Source of the DNA: Botryllus schlosseri
Taxonomy: Eukaryota
Assembly (NCBI GenBank): GCA_051294905.1
Contig: CM119379.1
Span: forward strand, 20,646,001-20,710,000
DNA length: 64,000 nucleotides
Reading direction: 5' to 3'
Below the pieces are notes generated by a model. That model was not told where the DNA came from. It saw nothing but the letters and a program-made list of their open reading frames with translations, and made no database searches. The position numbers were made by a program, and so were the translations under genes. Below, one piece after another: positions 51,601 through 57,300 of the stretch; positions within the stretch are counted from its first letter, which is position 1; each line of letters starts with the position of its first letter.

Positions 51601-52974
51601 AGTTGAGCCGCCGCTTATTTGCTGAAGGTGAAATCCATTGATCTGGTACCCACGGGGGTTATTTTACCCCGGGAGTTCACACGGACGCGCGCTCGCCTTT
51701 GTCATTCGTAATCCGGGGTCAGGTTCTGCGGTAGGCTCGCGGCTTAGGGATTCCTTGAGGAATTCAAATTTGGGACCGCGCTTGTCGTCTCGCGAATCGG
51801 TTTTGTGATCTCGCGCGCGGTTCGGTTCTCGTAAATTCGCACCGAGTCTTCTGTGGTTCTGATGTCAAGTTTGGAGGGTGTTCTTGTGGGCGGTGTGTAT
51901 TTCGTGTGAGGTTCCGCCGCCGTAGATACTGGCCCGTTATAGCTGTTCAGTACAAGCCATCCGGGGTACAGAACTGTAGAATTACACAAAACAATACGGT
52001 ATCTTTATTTGTTAATTTATTCACTAAAAGATTTTCGACCTACTTTCATCAGGGTTACCAGTGAATTCGGGATATTTAATTCGTAACTCGGCGGCCCCTA
52101 ATCCGAATCCGAGCCTACCATAACTCTAACGTAACTACTAACCCTTAACCCGAATACATTAATACAACACAGCAAGTGCCGAATTCACCAGTTGCCATCC
52201 ATCCTTATTCAAGCGCATATTCAATGAAACGTGCATTTTCGAATTCATCGATATATTGATGTATGCCGCTTACGTAATATTAAGGGGTTTTTGTTTTTGA
52301 CATGTCAAAATTTTGTCAAAATTTTAGCGTTAGGCAAAAAAGTGTCAAAATTGTTTACAAAGTCAAAATATTTTCGCAACCTCCATTTTTTGTATCGTAG
52401 ATGTTTGCACTGTCGGTGAACTTAGCATTTGATATTTTACAGCTTGTAGCCTATTCTATAGGCCTACCGTTGCAGACGGTCCATTATCTGCTCATTGCGA
52501 ATCATAAATGGTCATATGAAACAAATAGGTTGAAGGCCAAACTACTTCGTAAGGAAGGACAGTTCCAATCACAAATGAAGAGAAGTAATACAATTCTAAC
52601 ATGATGTGCGAAAACGCCTAATTTGCATACATGAGGGCAAATTTTTGTCAAAATTTGAGGTAAAAAAATATCAAAATTTTCATTTTTTTAGGTCAGAAGC
52701 TTCCGTTTTTTGGGTAAAAAAAACCACCCGAGTAATAATAATAATTATAACGTCGAGTTCACCAAGCGCCTTTTCTCGACAGGAAATCGTCCATTCCGGA
52801 GCGATGCCGACCGTGCTACAGCAGCTTTGCGTTCTCCCGTTCGCCTACTTCAGCAACCCCAAGCTGTCGAGCGTGCTGTTCCCGACCCTGATCGCCTGCT
52901 GCCATCGCAACCCGGCCAATCTCGCGATGCTGGAGCAAGAAGCCAGCGGCTCGCTGTTGTCCGGTTACATCAAG
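404..52974 (+). CDS. SCAPER: SCAPER orthologue, partial spliced model of 22 exons; 5' exons and last exon not in window
   Basis: All 22 exons join in one frame through GT-AG introns. Motifs match vertebrate SCAPER as I recall it: DGWEKV, SWGDITEE..EPGRAVQMHEKLSSPSRR, KAQAEETKVNEILFINELQEQNKRHDVLS, RLSALNAAQQEAVEELQKKIQTKHDESERRH, ALDRSLGELIRLLEK, SYVVSSGVVDKL, LGAEGVSLEFRH, LLHEVIICVGHF, PTVLQQLCVLPFAYFSNPKLSSVLFPTLIACC. Confidence 0.97.
739..1201. mobile_element. hAT-type MITE
   Basis: TIR cagggttgtaa / ttacaaccct; 8-bp flanks acttggac / acttgcac (7/8); many internal gactcga/gacttg motifs. Confidence 0.8.
1668..1814 (+). CDS. SCAPER: SCAPER exon (GMYGSNPY...LDDVEAEFFKA), phase 1-1
   Basis: Pyrimidine tract plus tag acceptor, donor GTATTT; open frame with phases matching both neighbours. 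Confidence 0.7.
2092..2144 (+). CDS. SCAPER: SCAPER small exon (DDAVGSEDEDNGVLGSMD), phase 1-0
   Basis: AAG acceptor, donor GTAAGT at 2145; needed to reconcile phases of the flanking exons. Confidence 0.7.
2494..2643 (+). CDS. SCAPER: SCAPER exon (SDSQANAAL...EEQQLMKEIEAEEN...DADM), phase 0-0
   Basis: Acceptor catttttcag, donor GTATTT; EEQQLMKEIEAEEN resembles vertebrate EEEQLTREIEAEEN. Confidence 0.9.
3295..3485 (+). CDS. SCAPER: SCAPER exon (…DWNVIMARFE…SWGDI…MHEKLSSPSRR), phase 0-2
   Basis: Acceptor tgtgtccag, donor GTAGAT; highly conserved MHEKLSSPSR motif. Confidence 0.95.
4173..4253 (+). ncRNA. Box C/D sno/scaRNA, U2-antisense family, copy 1 (subfamily A)
   Basis: Terminal stem GCAGCA/TGCTGC, box C GTGATGA 4180-4186, box D CTGA 4244-4247; AAAAGGCCGAG complementary to U2 nt 8-18 and AGCGAT to U2 nt 1-6. 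Confidence 0.85.
4302..4383 (+). ncRNA. Box C/D sno/scaRNA, U2-antisense family, copy 2 (divergent, best D'/C')
   Basis: Stem GTGGCA/TGCCGT, box C 4309-4315, D' TTGA 4329-4332, C' GTGATG 4342-4347, box D 4374-4377; AGGCCGAG pairs U2 8-15 and GAGCGAT pairs U2 1-7. Confidence 0.82.
4792..4975 (+). CDS. SCAPER: SCAPER exon (RTPAESKRKMEEKQ…ELHM), phase 2-0
   Basis: Acceptor gtttttgtag, donor GTACTG; start of coiled coil. Confidence 0.92.
5640..5876 (+). CDS. SCAPER: SCAPER exon (EKLQRAEQQR…EENAK), phase 0-0
   Basis: Acceptor ttaccccag, donor GTAGTT; KVNEILFINELQEQNKRHDVLS. Confidence 0.96.
6036..6178 (+). CDS. SCAPER: SCAPER exon (ERRRLIEKERQDRL…EKER), phase 0-2
   Basis: Acceptor tttgcag, donor GTGAGG; charged coiled coil. 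Confidence 0.94.
6506..6587 (+). CDS. SCAPER: SCAPER exon (DRKTRLSALNAAQQEAVEELQKKIQTK), phase 2-0
   Basis: Acceptor atttcacag, donor GTACGA; near-identical to the vertebrate motif. Confidence 0.95.
6688..6766 (+). ncRNA. Box C/D sno/scaRNA, U2-antisense family, copy 3 (subfamily B)
   Basis: Stem GTGGCA/TGCCAC, box C ATGATGA 6695-6701, box D 6757-6760; AAAGGCCGA (6705-6713) pairs U2 9-17 and GAAGCGA (6744-6750) pairs U2 2-8. Confidence 0.85.
6857..6935 (+). ncRNA. Box C/D sno/scaRNA, U2-antisense family, copy 4 (subfamily B, tandem duplicate of copy 3)
   Basis: Stem GTGGCA/TGCCAC, box C 6864-6870, box D 6926-6929; same two antisense elements. Confidence 0.85.
7182..7540. mobile_element. hAT-type MITE (TAGGGTTAC end)
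   Basis: TIR tagggttac / ggtaaaccta; flanks tgttacac / tgttatac (7/8). Confidence 0.8.
7633..7835 (+). CDS. SCAPER: SCAPER exon (HDESERRHQEQLEQRKEKALELSLGR…LQRE), phase 0-2
   Basis: Acceptor ttatctacag, donor GTAAGT at 7836. Confidence 0.93.
7899..8007 (+). CDS. SCAPER: SCAPER exon (EDRDNGKG…SAEEKR), phase 2-0
   Basis: Acceptor tttttttgccag after a 63-nt intron, donor GTACGT; phases fit. Confidence 0.75.
8673..8753 (+). ncRNA. Box C/D sno/scaRNA, U2-antisense family, copy 5 (subfamily A)
   Basis: Stem GCAGCA/TGCTGC, box C 8680-8686, box D 8744-8747; AAAAGGCCGAG and AGCGAT. Confidence 0.85.
8935..10168. mobile_element. Foldback/MITE-like element with ~400-bp imperfect inverted arms
   Basis: About 8935-9330 is the reverse complement of about 9800-10168. 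Single arms recur near 2330-2460, 26140-26300, 40545-40730, 47680-48020 and 49060-49180. Confidence 0.75.
10180..10490 (+). repeat. Two tandem ~150-bp units of a dispersed repeat (caagtgccgaattcacc)
   Basis: Unit repeated twice; related copies at about 30790-30900 and 52050-52260. Confidence 0.7.
10606..10694 (+). CDS. SCAPER: SCAPER exon (AAKEKEAQITERKRAMKKRAKKLKTRMTT), phase 0-2
   Basis: AAG acceptor, donor GTGCGT; matches vertebrate KNKKKAKKIKARM. Confidence 0.9.
11040..11102 (+). CDS. SCAPER: SCAPER exon (RGREFLKALDEKSTSMSASKSK), phase 2-2
   Basis: Acceptor ctattccgcag, donor GTACGT. Confidence 0.8.
11166..11298 (+). CDS. SCAPER: SCAPER exon (VARLVKDI…WPANRAAALDRSLGELIRLLEKK), phase 2-0
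   Basis: Acceptor gttgcag after a 63-nt intron, donor GTAGAT. Confidence 0.93.
11418..11496 (+). ncRNA. Box C/D sno/scaRNA, U2-antisense family, copy 6 (subfamily B)
   Basis: Stem GTGGCA/TGCCGC, box C 11425-11431, box D 11487-11490; AAAGGCCGA and GAAGCGA. Confidence 0.83.
11759..12250. mobile_element. Fragment of an AGTA-rich hAT-like non-autonomous family
   Basis: End cagaggcggtcagtgacaaaagtact matches the reverse of ends at about 4607-4635 and 8212-8225; interior related to 21300-21590. Boundaries approximate. Confidence 0.45.
18922..19434. mobile_element. hAT-type MITE (TAGGGCT end)
   Basis: TIR tagggctcggca / tgcccagcccta; opposite-orientation homologue of 25646-26135. Confidence 0.8.
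20175..20302 (+). CDS. SCAPER: SCAPER exon (DQEVKNSFRACGGFETLEKIL…LPDR), phase 0-2
   Basis: Acceptor gtgtgcag, donor GTGAAC; resembles vertebrate FQAAGGLTALEHIL. Confidence 0.88.
21003..21126 (+). CDS. SCAPER: SCAPER exon (TIANAAAALKTAC…LIDVLSLLLT), phase 2-0
   Basis: Acceptor ttttccttcag, donor GTAAGC. Confidence 0.88.
21590..21627 (-). ncRNA. Minimal hammerhead motif, intact core, truncated stem I
   Basis: GGUAUCCC-CUGAUGA-GAGUCAGCC-GAAA-AGCU-UC/GGAAA; palindromic stem III AAGCUU. Confidence 0.55.
22490..23610. mobile_element. Hammerhead-bearing repeat (inverted pair of degenerate motifs at 22595-22636 - and 23541-23580 +) interrupted by a pogo MITE
   Basis: aaacccgaatattttcggttgacactcgtc versus aacgagtgtcggccgaaagtattcgggttt; homology to 24680-24885, 38540-38705 and 49700-49990. 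Confidence 0.7.
22696..23517. mobile_element. Pogo/Tc1-mariner-type MITE
   Basis: TIR ccgtaattttcc / ggaaaattacgg flanked by TA on both sides. Confidence 0.85.
24680..24885 (-). mobile_element. Hammerhead-bearing repeat copy with degenerate core
   Basis: AUUACCC-CUGACGA-GUGUCAGUC-UAAA-AUGC-CC-GGGUA; flanks homologous to the other copies. Confidence 0.7.
24985..25345 (-). repeat. Dispersed module with internal gcagatgcgatt…aggccagc subrepeats
   Basis: Reverse complement of 32040-32400; related to the interior of the pogo MITEs. Confidence 0.75.
25400..25600. repeat. Partial tandem duplication (aacctaacaattt…agccagta…aatttgaaaaaaaa); related sequence on the opposite strand near 59490-59760
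   Basis: Direct repeat visible at about 25432-25476 and 25547-25590. Confidence 0.55.
25646..26135. mobile_element. hAT-type MITE (TAGGGCT end)
   Basis: TIR tagggctgggca / tgcccagcccca; flanks ctgctcat / ctgctcgt (7/8). Fragments at about 3110-3260 and 58250-58400. Confidence 0.85.
26451..26665 (+). CDS. SCAPER: SCAPER exon (KSMPHDG…LLDAVAFAL…QIR), phase 0-2
   Basis: Acceptor cttgttacag, donor GTAAAG; phases fit. Confidence 0.82.
27537..27656 (+). CDS. SCAPER: SCAPER exon (DNKQLTKAV…FLSRGLDVVS), phase 2-2
   Basis: Acceptor gttttcag, donor GTGACT; aligns to vertebrate FNNRVQDLIS. Confidence 0.85.
28048..28194 (+). CDS. SCAPER: SCAPER exon (YVVSSGVVDKLSAYLGSVRGEIE…LALR), phase 2-2
   Basis: Acceptor gcgttcag, donor GTCGGT; conserved YVV..G..DKL…V.G motif. 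Confidence 0.92.
29148..29538 (+). CDS. SCAPER: SCAPER exon (…DPTQLLLTLYHTELMGVVGVLYGVLLRG…LNAVAELDIDLLQ), phase 2-0
   Basis: Acceptor aattgcag, donor GTATGG; resembles DPTGL…TDLAGVLHMLYCVLFHG. Confidence 0.92.
31314..32500 (-). mobile_element. Non-autonomous hAT element with transposase C-terminal relic and nested module
   Basis: TIR tagggttagt / tccaacccta; flanks gtgcgtac / gtccgtac (7/8). Minus frame 31561-31755 gives LLTIQPISMEAERAF…FVTK, like the hAT dimerisation domain. Confidence 0.82.
32738..32916 (+). mobile_element. tRNA-derived SINE
   Basis: A box tagcgtaatggt, degenerate B box ggattagatcc (32785-32795), followed by a non-tRNA body gggtcacaccaaagac…gcttggcgctca. Confidence 0.65.
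32925..34102. mobile_element. hAT/Charlie-like MITE
   Basis: TIR caggggttgggaaact / agtttgcccacccctg; perfect 8-bp TSD ctatatct; subterminal gcggcccgc repeats. Partial relative at about 19950-20040. Confidence 0.9.
33104..33407. mobile_element. hAT/Charlie-like MITE nested in 32925-34102
   Basis: TIR ctgtggttctca / tgagaaccactg; flanks ttctaaga / ttctaggg. Confidence 0.82.
34324..35118. mobile_element. Second copy of the pogo-type MITE, right end truncated
   Basis: Colinear with 22696-23517; the right TIR is absent. Confidence 0.8.
38540..38705. mobile_element. Hammerhead-bearing repeat, inverted pair of degenerate motifs
   Basis: Minus copy 38556-38585 (CUGGCGA…GAAA AUAU UC) and plus copy 38632-38680 (CUGACAA…). 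Confidence 0.7.
42259..42408 (+). CDS. SCAPER: SCAPER exon (ESLGAEGVSLEFRHI…LLHEVIICVGHFALQNKKNQ), phase 0-0
   Basis: Acceptor gcttttcag, donor GTCAGT; highly conserved. Confidence 0.96.
46035..46890 (-). mobile_element. Non-autonomous hAT element with dimerisation-domain relic (46322-46510)
   Basis: TIR tagggcgattttt / aaaaatcgcccta; ORF with QPTTAAVERSFSILG. Confidence 0.82.
48030..48856 (-). mobile_element. Second copy of the same hAT derivative (relic ORF 48334-48585)
   Basis: Colinear with 46035-46890; QPTAAAVERSSSILG. Confidence 0.8.
49700..49990. mobile_element. Hammerhead-bearing repeat, intact minus copy plus degenerate inverted plus copy (49875-49925)
   Basis: Direct homology to the other family members, including the A/T-rich tail tttatttcaatatgaatatattatt. 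Confidence 0.72.
49764..49806 (-). ncRNA. Minimal type I hammerhead ribozyme motif with intact core
   Basis: Minus strand reads AUAACCC-CUGAUGA-GUGUCAGCC-GAAA-AAUAU-UC/GGGUUUAU: conserved core, single G-C stem II, short stem III, stem I AACCC/GGGUU. Predicted cleavage between 49772 and 49771. Confidence 0.7.
50925..51110. repeat. Degenerate ~30-bp minisatellite (gttctagttgcgagttttgaaaatcgagtt)
   Basis: Several imperfect units; explains the repetitive minus-strand ORFs LDFQNAQLEQLDFQNSPL. Confidence 0.6.
52281..52731 (+). mobile_element. Internally deleted, inverted third copy of the same hAT derivative
   Basis: Both terminal regions homologous; transposase relic deleted; ends about 50 bp before a SCAPER acceptor. 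Confidence 0.75.
52783..52974 (+). CDS. SCAPER: SCAPER exon (EIVHSGAMPTVLQQLCVLPF…LLSGYIK), phase 0-0; probably penultimate
   Basis: Acceptor ttctcgacag, donor GTAATG; highly conserved. Confidence 0.96.
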
Positions 52975-54089
52975 GTAATGATCTGTTTGCCCTGTTGTGT
53001 GACTAATCGATTGGATATCGGGACATTGTTAACGGTAGTAATCGGAAATAGTATGGAGAATTGGTGAAACCGTATTTCGAGGCGTTGCGCGATTGCGCGT
53101 TGGCGATGGTGTCGGATTTTGTGGTACGGAAGTGATTTCACTGTCGACAATCCGGAATTATGCTTTACATCGTGACTGTGTAGACCCGAGCTCCGTTTTA
53201 GTTACTCTCGATTCTGCCCTTATAAACACAGCTCATAATTCATGACACCGATAGCCCCAACCGTTATCTCGCGTTAATAACGTAAACAACGAGACGACGA
53301 TTGCTTCAGTCTTTGGTGTACGTGTCGCGAACGCGCTGTTTTGCTTTTGTGGACTTCCGGTAGCGATGCTTTACCGATACGCGGGTATGCCAAAGTCCTT
53401 TTCTCAATAGCTTATGATGCTATTCCTCAAAGGGGCACTACATCCGCTCTAAATATGATGTAGTCTCAAATTGAAGATGAAATCGTGAAAAAAATTGTGA
53501 CAGCAGCCGTTTTCTTCGGAAAGCCGCCGTATGGTTCTAGCGAGTAGGGACAGATGATTTTTTTCGAGTACTACACGCCCATTTCCGCTAAGAGCTATAT
53601 CGAGAACGGGAATTCTAATTTCGATACATTTTACCCGCCTTGAAGTCTTGGAAGATTCACGCGCTTTCACAAAGTGCGATGAAATAGACATGGTCTTAAA
53701 AACACCAAATAATTTTCAGCTGGTGTAAAACTGGCATTATCTTTGTGGTCGCATAATAGGTGCGTATTCGAACTCTCCTCCACATTCGTTCAAATCTGTT
53801 GCGGATTACATGGGCGATGCGCATTTGAAATGCGTGGCGCCCTTTCGCGCTAATTGGGCGCTCGAATGCCGGGCTTTCGGTACCGTGAAGCGTAATGAGC
53901 GCTGCTGCACTGGTCAACTGCGCTCGCTGGTTAAGGCTCGGTAATCCCAAACAAACAATCTGCGGTCGTCATTAGTTGTGCTGTTGTGTCTTGTTCGGCG
54001 GCCTGGCACTGAGTCGCGTGTCGGTTGTGGTGTAGTGCATAGTTAGCCGTGGATTTGGATTTCAAAATGGGGTATCAGGATGTTATAAG

Positions 54090-54373
54090 GGTATCTTCGT
54101 TTTTATTATATACGCGAATCTACAATGGGAATTCGACATGGAGTTTCTAGTACTACAATGGCTACAATGGTCATTTACACCAGTCCAATATTCTTTCTTA
54201 TGATTACGTATCTGCCGACTGGTAGCACTGCCCACTTCTCGACTTCTACGCGGATCAGATGGCGAGGAGGAGCCTAGATAAACCTCCAACACTGGAGATG
54301 TGATTCTGGAGTCGGACTCGAACCCGTAACCTGTAGGCGTTGCAGCTGTGAATCGTATCACTACGCTATCTTG
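54090..54373 (-). mobile_element. tRNA-derived SINE
   Basis: Minus strand starts caagatagcgtagtg (A box) with a canonical B box GGTTCGAGTCC (54314-54324); 3' boundary approximate. Confidence 0.65.
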
Positions 54374-57300
54374 AAATAGATGACCCACGGCAGAGGCGCG
54401 GCAAACCGCAAACACTCTACCAACGCAGCTAAAATCGAATCAATACACAGTGTGACAGAAAGGGTCGATGGTTTGAATTTTCAAACAATTTTCAAAGGAT
54501 TTGTGTCGCTATCGGGCTTGGAGTAGAATTTTAAACTGATATAGAATGAATGAATGAAAGAATTCGAATTGGGTTCATGAATTGTGATTATCTTTTCTCG
54601 CAACTATACGAGGTACTACGTGGGCACAGTAGCACCCGCGATTGTGATACTATCACGATTCGAAATACGGTATCAAAGTGACGTAATTCGGCTAATGATT
54701 TTGTACGAAGACGCGACGACCTTGATGTATTGCCACGCAAATAATTTTGTTGCCCGAAACAGCGCGCTGTTGTCTAAACAGCCGGGCACGGTTTTAAAAT
54801 AGATGCTTCGGCGCGGCCGCGTGGGTTCCGAAAGTTTTGTCGCCGAAATTTCCGAGCTGCGGATTTCAGAGGGATCCCTATGCTATGGTCTATCACCAAG
54901 CTGCTTCGCATACCCTTCATTTAGTGTTGTGCATTAAATATGGTGAAATCCAATCCATGTAATTTTTCGGTACATAAGACGGAAATAGTCGGTTGACGTA
55001 TGCCACGTACATGGCTCCGAATTGAGATGACTGAATGAAGTTTATTAATTTTACAAAGTTCCTGCGCTGTCAATCTCGTTGGTTCTCAGCCTTTTTATTA
55101 CCGCGGACCAGCCTGAGGTTCTTCGATTTGGTTGCGTACCAACAAATTAACGAAAAACACAAATTAATTCTATATCTGTGTAGGGTTATTAAGATGGGTG
55201 AATTAGCAACGAACTTTAGATAGTTGTCAGCCGATGTTTTGAAGGAAATATGTCTAAAGATCGTTCTCTGCGTGAATGCCTTGTCGCGTCTAGCAAGTGC
55301 GACGATGAAGACATCGTGCCATGTAACGGGTTAAGCAGCCGCGGCAGCTGGAGCGTGAAGGTCCTGTGGAAATTTCAATGAATTGCAGCTCCGTTTCGGT
55401 GGCGTTCTGAAGAAAATGGCTGCTGCCAAATTTTTTTTTTCGTTTTGCCCTTCAATTTGAGACCACATCATTTTTTGAGTGCAGTGCCCCTTTAACATCA
55501 GGAAATATTACGTTTACGATTTGTGAAAACTGTAATATTACTTGAAAAGAAACGCATTCACTGCGCACCACGTACCACAGGTTAAGAATCGCTGGGCTCT
55601 GTCTGAAAATGCAATTTGTGCGCCGTGAATTTCATTCGTGGCTTGAGCAAGCTTATAAACTTTTACGATTCCGCGAATCATCTCGCTGCCGATAGCGTTA
55701 CGCGAATTTTGCGCAAAATCACAAATTTTTCTTCAATATATTGTTTGTCAGCGTGCGAGTTATTCTCCACGCCGCCGGACAATGATGAAAAAAAAACGGT
55801 CCGGTAAATTCTTATGTGCGTTGTTTTGATTAGCATCCGTTAGTGTCTAAGTGCAGTTCGCTGTAGACGCGTCCGATATTTTCGCGCTTGCGGTCTAATT
55901 TCGTTTATATCCCAGCAGATTTCTCGCTACTGCGTATGTTTCCGCGCTGTAACAACGCGCGTATGACATTCCTTTTCAGCCCATAGTGCGACCCACGCCC
56001 AACCGTAACTCAGTCGCAAGTGCAAGTCGCTCGCAAACCAAAACACGGCATCCGATTTTAAGTCTTCTTCGATTATTTACGCGTTTACGTGTAAATAAAA
56101 TAGGCGACGCGCTGCGTTTGTATTCGGTGGTAATTCACACGTTCTAATCGATGCTTATAATATCCCATTGTGTGTCCGTGGCTGTTTTATTGTGAGGGCG
56201 GTCAAAGTTGAATATACATCGCAAACATTTGTACATTGTACATTGTTTCCCGTTCCGATTATGGAGCTTTTCTCTCGTCGCTGTGCTATTATTGTGGCTT
56301 GTAAATAGTTTTTATCTCGCGGAGTATACTCGGCGTGTTCGTTATGCCATAACACCTTTCTTAAACGCGCAGCCCGCAGATATAAATCACGGACTGGATA
56401 TATCCTATAATCTGTCGTAAAGCGCGCCGTGGGTGGTATGATTTCAGCGCGTTGCTACAACCTTTAACTAACTGTATCTTGCGGTAATGCCGTGTAACGA
56501 GACGGAATAGGGAATCGGACGTTTTGGGATCAAAAATTTGCGCTGCCCGGCCTGTTATTTGGTGAGTATTTACAGTCGTTATCTGCTTAATGCGGGCGTA
56601 TCGCGAGAAAACTGGAATCTGGCGTCTCTGGCTCGGCTCACCTGCGCTGCAAGAGAAGTTATTAATCCTTGGTTAAACACGGGGAAAAGACGCTTTCGTA
56701 ATCTCGAGCCATCTCTGATCCCAAGTCAAACACCGAGTCGGTGCGAGCATCCAAAAACCTCCCGACTGTCTTCCAAAAATCGTGTTTGCCCGGCGGTCAA
56801 CTGTATAAACAAGGGCCGCGATCAGACGCCGATCAAATACATTTGTCAGCGGAGGTTTCGCCTCGCGTCGAGCTGTTTCCGAAATCCGCGCGGCCATTGT
56901 GGCGGGTATTTGTGAACGCGTCGGGCCTGGATATTATCTGGATTTTGCGGCGTTGCCGTTATCCCGACGCAGACTCGCGGGCGTCGCGCGTTTCTGGATG
57001 TTCTTTTCCGCTGCGCGAGCCCCGTTTCCTAGCCCGGCCGCCTTTAACCCTTTTGAAATCTGGTCATTTTTCGCGAAACTGACCATCACTTTTCAAATTC
57101 ATACCGTGACCTCAGCAAGACTTCAATCTGGGCTGTTTCATTTTAGAAGTGGGCGGACTATATCCCTCTACCGTTTCTGTCTTCGATCGACACCCCAAGG
57201 CATGTCTAGGATTTTTTATAAGACTAAATAAACAAACTTTTTCTCTAAAATATCTCTTTCTCTCTCTCATTTTTCAAGACTGACCCCCAAGATAGCGTCA

